Notes under the pieces: generated by a model | What the model saw: the letters and a program-made list of their open reading frames with translations, nothing else | The model's database searches: none | What the model was told of the DNA's origin: nothing | Source: Erythrobacteraceae bacterium | GTDB lineage: Bacteria; Pseudomonadota; Alphaproteobacteria; Sphingomonadales; Sphingomonadaceae | Assembly: GCA_027489095.1 (NCBI GenBank) | Contig: JAIYAL010000042.1 | Coordinates: forward strand, 8,153 to 72,152 | Direction: 5' to 3' | DNA length: 64,000 nucleotides | In this document: one piece after another, positions 37,862-46,937 of the stretch | Numbering within the stretch: the stretch's first letter is position 1 | Layout of the letters: every line of letters starts with the position of its first letter | Position numbers and translations under genes: made by a program

Positions 37862-40800
37862 ATGAAAACCGCATCGCTCGCGCCGCGCCGGCGTCTGCTC
37901 GCACTTGGTACCGCCTCGGCGCTCGCCATCGTCGCCGCCAACCCTGCGCTGGCGCAGGATGCCCAGGCCGACGATCAGGACAAGGACGTCGCCGAAGCTC
38001 CGGCCGAGCCCGAAGGTGAACAGATCATCGTCACCGGCTACCGCGCCTCGCTAGAGAGTGCGCAGAGCATCAAGCGCAATGCGGATACGATCGTCGACGT
38101 GGTGACTGCCGAAGATATCGGCGCGCTTCCCGACCGGTCGATCGCCGAAACGCTCCAGCGTATCCCCGGCGTCAACATCGGACGCTTCGAGAAGACCTCG
38201 GACCCGACCCGCTTCTCCGTCGAAGGCACAGGCGTCATCATCCGCGGTCTGCCCTATGTCAGCTCGCAGCTTAACGGGCGCGATATCTTCTCGGCCAACG
38301 GCGGCCGTGCGCTGAGCTTCGAGGACGTTTCGCCCGAACTCGTTGGCCGCGTCGAAGTCTACAAGAACATCACCGCCGACCAGATCGAAGGCCACATTGC
38401 GGGTCTCGTCAATCTCGTCACCCGCAAGCCGCTCGACAAGCGCGGCTTCCACGTGGCCGGTTCGGTCGAAGCGAACTACGGCGATCTGCGTCAGGAATGG
38501 TCGCCGACCTACAACGTCCTTGCATCGGATACCTTCGAAACCGGGCAGGGCACCTTTGGCCTCCAGCTCAGCTATTCGAAGTCGGAGCTGAAAAGCCGCA
38601 CCGATTCTTCGCAGTTGGTCGATTACTGCTATCGCCCGGCGAACCTAAGCGGTGGTTGCGCGCGCATTTTCAACCTCAATTCGGGCGGGTTCGGCGATAC
38701 GCCCAACTTCACGCCCGCCAACTTCCCGCCGCCCAATTCGGTGATCGTGCCGCAGTTTGCCAACGTTCGTTCGACCACGCTCGATCGCGATCGCGAGGCG
38801 TTTTCGGCAGTCGGTCAGTTCGAAACGCTCGATGGCAACCTGTTGATGACGGTCGAATATCTGCGTTCGGAAACGTCGTTCGCCACGGAGGAGTTCGCGC
38901 TTCTGGGCCGCATCGACGACGGCGTGTCGACCAACCAGCCGCGGCCGGGCACGACCTACAAGTTCGACGAGAACGGCAATTTCGTGAGCGGCATTCTCAC
39001 GCAGAACGTCGGCAATGCCTACGCCAACCCCTTCGGCCGGGGCGGCATTCCGATGGATTCACTGCGCTTCGTGCGTGACACGACGTCTGTCACCGAAGAT
39101 CTCTCGTTCGATGCGAAGATGATCTTCACCGAGCGTTTCCGCGGCAAGATCGAGGTGCAGAGCCTCAATTCGAATCTGCGGCGCGATTCGGTCTTCGGTG
39201 CCATGAGCACCTGGGCTGATATCTCGATCGACCGCTCGCGTGGTGGTACGCCGGACATTCAGTTCCTCGCCCCGGTTGGCGCGCCTGCCGATTACTTCAC
39301 CAGCGGACGCAACAACTACTACTGGTTTGGCCTCGATAGCCGCGAGCAGAACGACGGCGAGCTGTTCAGCTTTGCCGGCAATCTGGAATACGACCTGAGC
39401 GATGACGGGTTCTTCCGCAGGGTAGAGGTCGGTGGTCGCTGGGCGGGGCGTGACCGTGTCAATCGCAACACCAACTTCAGCACCTGGGGCAATCTTTCGG
39501 CTCCTTGGGCAGGCCGCGCAGGCTGCGCGCCATGGAATGACGGGCCGGGCTGCGCCGCGACCGGCGGTTTCCAGCCGGGCCGCTTCTTCACCGGCTTGCC
39601 GGGTCAGGAATTCGCGATTGCAGGCGGTGCCTTCGCTGACGAATTCCCGAATGCCTCCGGATATCGCGCGCCGTTCGCCGACAATTTCCAGCGCGGCGAG
39701 GCAGGCACCCCGATCGCGGGTGGTGGTGCGTTCTTCTACGGCGGGGACGACTTCCTGAAGGAATACCTGGCTGGCGTGACCGATCAGCAGTGGGACGCAA
39801 TCAGCACTTTCGGCCAGTCGCCGGAACGCTTCAACCTCGGCGTCAATGGCCGCTCCCGCACCCTGCTCGATGGCACGGTCGTCCAGTGCGGTCCGTACTG
39901 CCCCTCGGAAATTTCTGACGTCAAGGAAGCCACCACGGCAGCCTACGCGCGCGTCGACTTCGGTGCCGACTTTGACGGCGGAGCATCGCTCGCGGGGAAC
40001 ATCGGTCTGCGTTACGTCCGCACCACTGTCAGCAACGATTCGCTGGTGGCGTTCCCTGACCCGGGACGGTTCGACGAGGTACCGACTGGCAATCGTGACG
40101 GCATCGTCCAGGTCTCGGAAATCACTTCCTCCTGTCTCGGAGCCGGTCCCGGTGTTCCGCAGCAGGCCTTCTGCCAGCTCACCGGCGCGCGTCTTGCCAG
40201 ATTTGCCGCCTTGCACACCAACGAGCTTATCCGCGATCAGCGCGACATCAATTTCGATCACTTCCTGCCGTCCTTCAACGTCCGCTACGACAATGGCAGC
40301 GGGATCGTTATTCGCGGGGCGGTGTCAAAGGGTATCAGTCGTCCTGATCTGAACCTGTTCAACGCAGGCGGCGTGCTCGGCTTCAGCGGGCGCGTTGCGG
40401 ATGGGCCGCTGCTGTCGATTGGGACCGGTAATCGTAACCTGCGGCCGACCGAATCGTGGAACTACGATCTCAGCGCGGAATGGTATTTCGCCAAGGTTGG
40501 CCAGCTGAGCGCCGCTCTGTTCGTAAAGGATATCAAGGGGATCGTTTCTTCGGGCACGGGCTTGGTCAATTACACCGCGCCCAGTGGCACCTCTGAGGAT
40601 GTGATCATCAATGGTCCGGCAAATGATATCTCGGGTAGGCTCAAAGGCTTCGAACTGGCCTATCAGCAGACCTATGATTTCCTTCCTGGGCTGCTGAGTG
40701 GGCTTGGTTCCTCGTTTACCTACACCTATGTCGATGGCAGCGATTTCCCCAACCCGAACATCTCGGGCATCGGTTCGCCGTCGGTCACCAGCGGGGCCGG

Positions 40801-41179
40801 TCGGCCGCTCAACAACGGCCCGTTTGCCGGTCAGCTGCCGCTCGCCGGGGTTTCCAAGCACACCATCAACGCTACCCTGTTCTACGACAAGGGGCCGCTG
40901 TCGTTGCGTGCTGCCTACAACTGGCGCAGCGACTTCCTCGTGACGCAGCGTGACGACCTGTTCCCGTTCTCGTCGATCTTCCAGGAAGCGGGCGGTCAGC
41001 TTGACGGCACGATCCTCTACAGCGTGACCGACAACATCAAGCTGGGCGTCCAGGGGGTCAACCTGCTTGACGAAACCACCAGGCTGTCGACTCTCATCGA
41101 CTATAACGGGACGCGCCCGATCAGTGCGGTATTCCGCAACGATCGCCGCTACACCTTTATCGCACGCTTCGGTTTCTAA
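37862..41179 (+). CDS. TonB-dependent receptor (likely glucan oligosaccharide uptake)
   Basis: Signal peptide, IIVTG TonB box, DIGALPDRSIAETLQRIPGV plug, and C-terminal ARFGF. Confidence 0.95.
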   Translation: MKTASLAPRRRLLALGTASALAIVAANPALAQDAQADDQDKDVAEAPAEPEGEQIIVTGYRASLESAQSIKRNADTIVDVVTAEDIGALPDRSIAETLQRIPGVNIGRFEKTSDPTRFSVEGTGVIIRGLPYVSSQLNGRDIFSANGGRALSFEDVSPELVGRVEVYKNITADQIEGHIAGLVNLVTRKPLDKRGFHVAGSVEANYGDLRQEWSPTYNVLASDTFETGQGTFGLQLSYSKSELKSRTDSSQLVDYCYRPANLSGGCARIFNLNSGGFGDTPNFTPANFPPPNSVIVPQFANVRSTTLDRDREAFSAVGQFETLDGNLLMTVEYLRSETSFATEEFALLGRIDDGVSTNQPRPGTTYKFDENGNFVSGILTQNVGNAYANPFGRGGIPMDSLRFVRDTTSVTEDLSFDAKMIFTERFRGKIEVQSLNSNLRRDSVFGAMSTWADISIDRSRGGTPDIQFLAPVGAPADYFTSGRNNYYWFGLDSREQNDGELFSFAGNLEYDLSDDGFFRRVEVGGRWAGRDRVNRNTNFSTWGNLSAPWAGRAGCAPWNDGPGCAATGGFQPGRFFTGLPGQEFAIAGGAFADEFPNASGYRAPFADNFQRGEAGTPIAGGGAFFYGGDDFLKEYLAGVTDQQWDAISTFGQSPERFNLGVNGRSRTLLDGTVVQCGPYCPSEISDVKEATTAAYARVDFGADFDGGASLAGNIGLRYVRTTVSNDSLVAFPDPGRFDEVPTGNRDGIVQVSEITSSCLGAGPGVPQQAFCQLTGARLARFAALHTNELIRDQRDINFDHFLPSFNVRYDNGSGIVIRGAVSKGISRPDLNLFNAGGVLGFSGRVADGPLLSIGTGNRNLRPTESWNYDLSAEWYFAKVGQLSAALFVKDIKGIVSSGTGLVNYTAPSGTSEDVIINGPANDISGRLKGFELAYQQTYDFLPGLLSGLGSSFTYTYVDGSDFPNPNISGIGSPSVTSGAGRPLNNGPFAGQLPLAGVSKHTINATLFYDKGPLSLRAAYNWRSDFLVTQRDDLFPFSSIFQEAGGQLDGTILYSVTDNIKLGVQGVNLLDETTRLSTLIDYNGTRPISAVFRNDRRYTFIARFGF

Positions 41180-41191
41180 GGGCGCAAATCC

Positions 41192-42166
41192 ATGATCAGG
41201 GCAGGGCTGCTGAAGGCTTCTATGCTGACGGCGGCCCTGCTGCTTTTGGGGGCCAAGCCGCCCGAGGCGCAACTGGTCGCCCCGCGCGAAGGTGCGGGCT
41301 GGGAGCTGGTCTGGGCCGACGAGTTCGACGGCAGTACGCTCGATCGGGCCAAGTGGGCTCCCGAGGTTTCGTGCTGGGGCGGCGGCAATGCGGAACGCCA
41401 GTGCTACACCGACCGGGCCGAGAATATCGCTGTCGAAGGCGGGGTGCTGCTTCTCAAGGCGAAGAAGGAGCGCTTCACCGGCCCCGCGCGCCCGCCCGAG
41501 ATTGCCGAAAAGCGCAATCCCGACATCCTGCAGTCCTACACATCGGGCAAGGTCCGCACCCGCGGCCTGCACGCCTGGCGCTATGGCCGGATCGAGGTGC
41601 GCGCCAAGGTGCCGCCTGGGCAGGGCACATGGCCTGCGGTCTGGATGATGCCGCAGGAGGATATCTACGGCCCTTGGCCGCTTTCGGGCGAGATCGACAT
41701 TCTCGAGGCGGTCAATATCGGCGCCAAGTGCAAGGTGTGCGAGGGCGGCAAGGGCGAAAACCGCACCATCAGCGCGCTGCATTTCGGCGATATGGCGCCG
41801 AAGAACCGCTTCGTCGACAACCGCACCGCGCGCCCCGATCTGGCGCTGCCTTCGGACGATTTCCACGTCTATGCGGTCGAATGGGGCGAGCGGCTGATCC
41901 GCTTCCTCGTGGACGACCGGGTGCATCTGACCGTGCCAGCTGAAAAGTGGAGCACCGCCTCGCCGCTTGCGCGCCGCAATCCGGCCGCGCCTTTCGACCG
42001 GCCGTTCTATATCATGGCCAACCTTGCCGTGGGCGGGCACTTGTCGGAAAAGAACAATGCAAAGGGGGTTGCGGCAGGGACTTTTCCCACGCAGTTCGCC
42101 ATCGATTGGGTGAGGGTCTATCGCTGTGCCCGCGATCCGGAAACGGGGCGCGCCTGCATCCGGTAG
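41192..42166 (+). CDS. GH16 beta-1,3-glucanase (laminarinase-type)
   Basis: WADEFDG, GTWPAVWMM, catalytic EIDILE and PFYIMANLAVGG. Confidence 0.92.
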   Translation: MIRAGLLKASMLTAALLLLGAKPPEAQLVAPREGAGWELVWADEFDGSTLDRAKWAPEVSCWGGGNAERQCYTDRAENIAVEGGVLLLKAKKERFTGPARPPEIAEKRNPDILQSYTSGKVRTRGLHAWRYGRIEVRAKVPPGQGTWPAVWMMPQEDIYGPWPLSGEIDILEAVNIGAKCKVCEGGKGENRTISALHFGDMAPKNRFVDNRTARPDLALPSDDFHVYAVEWGERLIRFLVDDRVHLTVPAEKWSTASPLARRNPAAPFDRPFYIMANLAVGGHLSEKNNAKGVAAGTFPTQFAIDWVRVYRCARDPETGRACIR

Positions 42167-42187
42167 GCGGATAGGGGTGCGAGCATA

Positions 42188-43258
42188 ATGGCGCGGGTGC
42201 GCAAGACAGTCACTATCAGAGACGTTGCCGAGGATGCGGACGTTTCGCTCCAGACGGTAAGCCGGGTGGTCAACGGCGGGCCCAACGTGCGCCCGCAATT
42301 GCGCGACAAGGTGCGCGCTTCGATTGAACGGCTGGGCTATGTCCCGAGCCTCGCGGCGCAGCGCATGAGCGGCTCGCGCTCCTACATCATCCTTGCCATC
42401 AACGACCGCGAGCGCACGCTGGCTGACTGGCGCGAGCGGCGGGGGACGGACTGGGTCGACCAGATGCTGCTGGGCGGGATCCTGACCTGCTCGAAACACG
42501 GCTACCGGATGATGGTCGAACTGATCGACACGCACTCCGACCATGTCGAACGCGAACTCGGCGCGGCGCTCTCGGCGCTCCAGCCGGACGGGGTTATCCT
42601 CACGCCGCCGCACTCGGAAAACCGGCTGATCACCGAACTCCTCTCGGCCCGCGCGATTCCTTTCGCGCGGATCGGCTCGGACGTGGCTGGCCCCGGCATT
42701 CCGATGACGATGGGTGACGAAGGTGCAGCGCACCTTGCGACCACGCGCCTTGCCGAGCTTGGCCACCGCCGTATCGCGATGATCGCCGGGCCTTCGCAAT
42801 ACAGCCTTTCCGGCTGGCGGATCGAAGGCTGGAAGCGTGCATTGGCTGAGGCTGGTCTGCCCCACGAGGGCCTGCTGGAAGCAGGCGACTTCGGCTACGA
42901 ATCCGGCACCCGTGCGGCGCGCGCGCTGCTGGCACGCAATCCCGATTGCACCGCGATCATCGCATCCTCCGACCAGATGGCGCTCGCCGCGCTCGAGGTC
43001 GCGCGCGACCGCGGGCTCGTGGTGCCGCGCGACCTGTCGCTGATTTCCTTCGACAATACTCCGATCGTGCGCTTCACGCAGCCCCCACTGACCGCCATCG
43101 ACCAGCCGATCGCCGAGACTGTCTCGCGCGCGGTCGAGCAGCTCATCGCGCGCGACGAAGGGGACAACGGGGGCCAGGTAATCGAGGTCGCCGCGGGCCT
43201 CGTCGAGCGTTCCTCGACCGCGCCGCCGCCGCCCGTTTCGGCCCCGGCGCGGGCTTGA
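42188..43258 (+). CDS. LacI-family transcriptional regulator
   Basis: TIRDVAEDADVSLQTVSRVVN HTH and a periplasmic-binding-protein-like effector domain. Confidence 0.95.
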   Translation: MARVRKTVTIRDVAEDADVSLQTVSRVVNGGPNVRPQLRDKVRASIERLGYVPSLAAQRMSGSRSYIILAINDRERTLADWRERRGTDWVDQMLLGGILTCSKHGYRMMVELIDTHSDHVERELGAALSALQPDGVILTPPHSENRLITELLSARAIPFARIGSDVAGPGIPMTMGDEGAAHLATTRLAELGHRRIAMIAGPSQYSLSGWRIEGWKRALAEAGLPHEGLLEAGDFGYESGTRAARALLARNPDCTAIIASSDQMALAALEVARDRGLVVPRDLSLISFDNTPIVRFTQPPLTAIDQPIAETVSRAVEQLIARDEGDNGGQVIEVAAGLVERSSTAPPPPVSAPARA

Positions 43259-44451
43259 CCCCGCCTGACCCCGCCGATCCGCCGGAGCGCCAGCCCGGCT
43301 GGTTCCTAGCCCTCTTCGCGCTTGCCGCAGCCGGGGGCGCGGTCGCCTTTGTGCCGCTGCTCACCGTGCTGCTCCCGCAGCGCATCGCCGACCTGCAGGG
43401 GAGCGAGGATGTTGCCGCGCTCGCCCAGGTGACCTTTCTCGGCGCGATGATGGCGAGCCTTGCCAATATCGCAGTAGGCGCGCTGAGCGACCGCAGCCGA
43501 ACCCGGCGGCCGTGGATCGTCGCAGGGCTGATCTTCTCGAATTTCTGGCTGCTCCAGATCGGCAATGCCTCGTCGATTTCCGAGATCGTGCTGCTGGTGA
43601 TGTTGTGGCAGGTCGCGCTCAACCTGATGCTCGCGCCGCTGATGGCTTGGGCGGGCGATTGCTTTCCTGATGCGCAAAAGGGGATGCTCGGCGGCGCGCT
43701 GGCGCTGGCACCGGCGCTTGGCGCTGTGGCAGGGTCGCTGGTCACATATGTGGGGCTGGTCGACCCCGGCGCGCGGCTTTGGGTGGTGGCGGGGCTGGTG
43801 AGCGCGCTGGTGCTGCCTGCGGTCGTGTTCGGCGGTGGCAGAGTGCGTGCAGAACTGATCGCCCCTGCCTTTATCGAGCGCACGGCCCGGCCCCGGTGCG
43901 GCGGCGTCGTCGCGCGGATGTGGACCGCGCGGCTGCTGGTGCAGGTTGCCGAAGGGGGCATGTTTGCCTTCCTCCTTTACTGGCTGCGTTCGATCGCGCC
44001 GGGTTTCCCCGAGAACGCGGCGGCCAATGTCTTCAGCATCGTGCTGATCAGCGCGGTGCCACTGTCCTTGTGGCTCGGCCGCTGGATCGATGCCCACGCG
44101 CGCCCGGTGCGCCCGCTCGCGGGGAGCGCGGTGCTGTGCGCCGGTGGCATGCTGATCATGGCGACGGCGCAGACGCTCGTCCAGGCGATCACGGGCTACG
44201 TGCTGTTCGGGTTGTCCGCAGCGATCTTCCTTTCGCTCCACGCGAGCCACACGCTGCGCGTGCTGCCCGCCCCCCAGCATCGCGGACGCGATCTCGGGTT
44301 GTTCAACCTCACCAACACCGTGCCCGGAATGGTGATGCCGTGGCTGACCGTTTTGCTGGTGCCGCAGTTCGGCTATGGGGCGCTGTTCGTGCTGTTCGCG
44401 GGGCTCTCGCTGGCGAGTGCGGGGCTGCTTGCCGGGACCTTGCGAAGGTGA
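43255..44451 (+). CDS. MFS sugar transporter
   Basis: About 12 hydrophobic segments, GALSDRSRTRRPW and RGRDLGLFNL; TTG start overlaps the LacI stop. Confidence 0.85.
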   Translation: MTPPDPADPPERQPGWFLALFALAAAGGAVAFVPLLTVLLPQRIADLQGSEDVAALAQVTFLGAMMASLANIAVGALSDRSRTRRPWIVAGLIFSNFWLLQIGNASSISEIVLLVMLWQVALNLMLAPLMAWAGDCFPDAQKGMLGGALALAPALGAVAGSLVTYVGLVDPGARLWVVAGLVSALVLPAVVFGGGRVRAELIAPAFIERTARPRCGGVVARMWTARLLVQVAEGGMFAFLLYWLRSIAPGFPENAAANVFSIVLISAVPLSLWLGRWIDAHARPVRPLAGSAVLCAGGMLIMATAQTLVQAITGYVLFGLSAAIFLSLHASHTLRVLPAPQHRGRDLGLFNLTNTVPGMVMPWLTVLLVPQFGYGALFVLFAGLSLASAGLLAGTLRR

Positions 44452-44509
44452 CGGATCGAGGCGGCGCGCGCGCTTCGCCCTTGCCAAAAGCGAGCGGCGG
44501 CGGCATAGA

Positions 44510-44525
44510 TTGATAACGTTCTCAA
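44510..44525. promoter_or_regulatory. Putative LacI-family operator
   Basis: TTGATAACGTTCTCAA, about 30 nt upstream of the GH3 start. Confidence 0.75.
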
Positions 44526-44557
44526 AAAAATGAGCGAATGGGTAAGGGTCGGACTTG

Positions 44558-46927
44558 ATGGTGCGAGGCGGAGTGGGTCGGCTGGTATTGGGAGCCGCGG
44601 TTGGTGCGCTTGCGGCGCTGCTTGCCGGGTGCAGCATGTTCGAGGGTGCGACGCAGGATAGCACCCCTGAAGCGCTGCTCGCGCGGATGAGCCTTGAGCA
44701 CAAGGTCGCGCAGATCATCATGCCCGACATCGGCTCGATCACGCCTGCGGACGTCAAGCAATACCGCTTCGGCACGATCCTCAACGGCGGCAATTCCGGC
44801 CCCTATGGCAATGACAAGGCGCCTGCGGCCGACTGGCTCAAGCTTGCCGACGAATATTGGGAGGCCTCCTCCGCGCCGCTGCCGGACGGCGAACCGGTGA
44901 TCCCGGCGATCTGGGCGACCGACGCGGTGCACGGTCATGCCAACGTGATCGGCGCGACCGTTTTTCCGCACAATATCGGGCTGGGCGCAGCGGGCGATGC
45001 CGATCTCGTGCGCCGTATCGGCGCGGCCACCGCGGTGGAGATCGAAGTGACCGGCCTCGACTGGACCTTCGCCCCCACCATCGCGGTCGCGCGCGATGAT
45101 CGCTGGGGCCGCACCTACGAAAGCTATTCCGAAGACCCCGCGCGCGTCACCCGATTGGGCGCAGCGATGGTAGAGGGGCTTCAGGGCCGCGCGGGCGAAC
45201 CGGGCTTTCTCGGCGAGGGCAAGGTTGCGGCCACCGCCAAGCATTATTTCGGCGATGGCGGCACCACGCAGGGTGTCGATCAGGGCGAAGTCACCGGCGA
45301 TCTCGATGCGCTGATGGTGATCCACGAGGCACCCTATCCTGCCGCGATCAATGCAGGCGTAGCCAGTGTCATGGCGAGCTTCAATTCGATCAATGGCATC
45401 AAGATGCACGGCAACAAGGCGCTGCTTACCGATGAGCTGCGCGGGAAGCTGGGCTTCGAGGGGCTGGTGGTCGGAGACTGGAATGGGCACGGCCAGATCA
45501 AGGGCTGCACCAACACAGTTTGCCCGCAGGCGCTGATGGCGGGGCTTGACGTCTACATGGTGCCCGAGGACTGGAAAGGCCTCCACGCCAGTCTGGTGGC
45601 GCAGGTCAAGGATTGCACGATCCCGATGAGCCGGCTTGACGAGGCGGTGCTGCGGGTGCTGCGGCTGAAGCAACAGCTCGGGATCCTCGATGGCGAGGTC
45701 AAGCCCTCGGAGCGCGCCAATGCGGGCCGCTGGGAGCTGCTCGGGTCGCCCGAGCACCGCGCGCTTGCCCGTGAGGCGGTGGCCAAGTCGCAGGTGATCC
45801 TCAAGAACAGCGGGGTCTTGCCATTGAAGCCCGGTGCGCGGATCGAGGTGGCGGGGGCCGCTGCTGACAATATCCCGCAGCAGGTCGGTGGCTGGTCTGT
45901 GACATGGCAGGGTGGCAGCGAGCTGACTGCGGCCGATTTTCCCGGTGCGACCTCGATCTGGGCCGGCATTGCCGCGGCGGCCAAGGCGGCTGGCGGCGAA
46001 GCGGTGTTGACGCCCAAGGGCAGCGCGCCAGGTGCGTCCGGGAGCAAGCCCGACGCCGCGATCGTGGTGTTCGGCGAGCAGCCCTATGCCGAGTTCGTGG
46101 GCGACCGCAAGGATCTCGCCTTCCGCGACGAGGAGGGGCTGACGCTGCTCAAATCCTATCGCGCGCGCGGCATCCCGACCGTCGCGGTGTTCCTTTCGGG
46201 CCGGCCGCTGTGGGTCAACCGCGAACTCAATGCCGCTGATGCCTTCGTGGCCGCGTGGCTCCCCGGCAGCGAAGGGGCAGGGGTGGCCGACGTGTTGTTT
46301 GGCAAGCGCGCGCCCACAGGGCGGCTGTCCTTCAGCTGGCCCAAGACCTGCGAGGGCGCGCCGCTCAATGATGCCAAGGGTGCGCTCTTCCCGGTCGGCC
46401 ACGGCCTCGACTACGCGAGCGCCTCGGTTGTCCCGCAACTCAACGAGACCTGCGCCGCGCTTGTCCATGATGCGGCCGCGGTGTGGTTCGACAACGGCAA
46501 GCTTGGGCCCAAGGTGACCGCGCGCGCCGACAATGTGGCACTGCCCGATCTGCGCGGGGCCAAGGGCGGGATCGTCGCCACCGGGATCGACCGCCGCGCG
46601 CAGGAAGACGCACGCCGGATCGCTTTTGCACCCGGTGCGCGGCTCTCCCTGACCGGGCCGATCAGCAGCGCAGGCTGGCGGATCACGTATCGCGTCGCCA
46701 GCCGCCCGCCCGGCCCGGTGACGGTGGCGGCGGGCGGAAAACCGCTCGACATCACCCAGGGGCTTGGCGTGGCCGAGGGCAAGGGCTGGCGCGAGATGGT
46801 GCTCACCCCGGCCTGTCTCGGCGGGGCGGGCGGCAAGCTGACCTTCGCTTCGAAGGCGCGGTTCGCCTTGGAGATCGGCGCGATCACCCGCGACGAAAGC
46901 GCGACTTCCGCAGAGTGTTCGTTCTAG
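44558..46927 (+). CDS. GH3 beta-glucosidase / exo-glucanase lipoprotein
   Basis: Lipobox LLAGC, TDAVHGH, KHYFGDGG and nucleophile VGDWNGH. Confidence 0.93.
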   Translation: MVRGGVGRLVLGAAVGALAALLAGCSMFEGATQDSTPEALLARMSLEHKVAQIIMPDIGSITPADVKQYRFGTILNGGNSGPYGNDKAPAADWLKLADEYWEASSAPLPDGEPVIPAIWATDAVHGHANVIGATVFPHNIGLGAAGDADLVRRIGAATAVEIEVTGLDWTFAPTIAVARDDRWGRTYESYSEDPARVTRLGAAMVEGLQGRAGEPGFLGEGKVAATAKHYFGDGGTTQGVDQGEVTGDLDALMVIHEAPYPAAINAGVASVMASFNSINGIKMHGNKALLTDELRGKLGFEGLVVGDWNGHGQIKGCTNTVCPQALMAGLDVYMVPEDWKGLHASLVAQVKDCTIPMSRLDEAVLRVLRLKQQLGILDGEVKPSERANAGRWELLGSPEHRALAREAVAKSQVILKNSGVLPLKPGARIEVAGAAADNIPQQVGGWSVTWQGGSELTAADFPGATSIWAGIAAAAKAAGGEAVLTPKGSAPGASGSKPDAAIVVFGEQPYAEFVGDRKDLAFRDEEGLTLLKSYRARGIPTVAVFLSGRPLWVNRELNAADAFVAAWLPGSEGAGVADVLFGKRAPTGRLSFSWPKTCEGAPLNDAKGALFPVGHGLDYASASVVPQLNETCAALVHDAAAVWFDNGKLGPKVTARADNVALPDLRGAKGGIVATGIDRRAQEDARRIAFAPGARLSLTGPISSAGWRITYRVASRPPGPVTVAAGGKPLDITQGLGVAEGKGWREMVLTPACLGGAGGKLTFASKARFALEIGAITRDESATSAECSF

Positions 46928-46937
46928 CGCGCTTGCG

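Noticed and set aside
43255-43274. TGACCCCGCC duplicated at the MFS start, resembling the parS-linked units
   Set aside because: Only two units with a 10-bp period, lying in coding sequence with no parS nearby; likely a local duplication.
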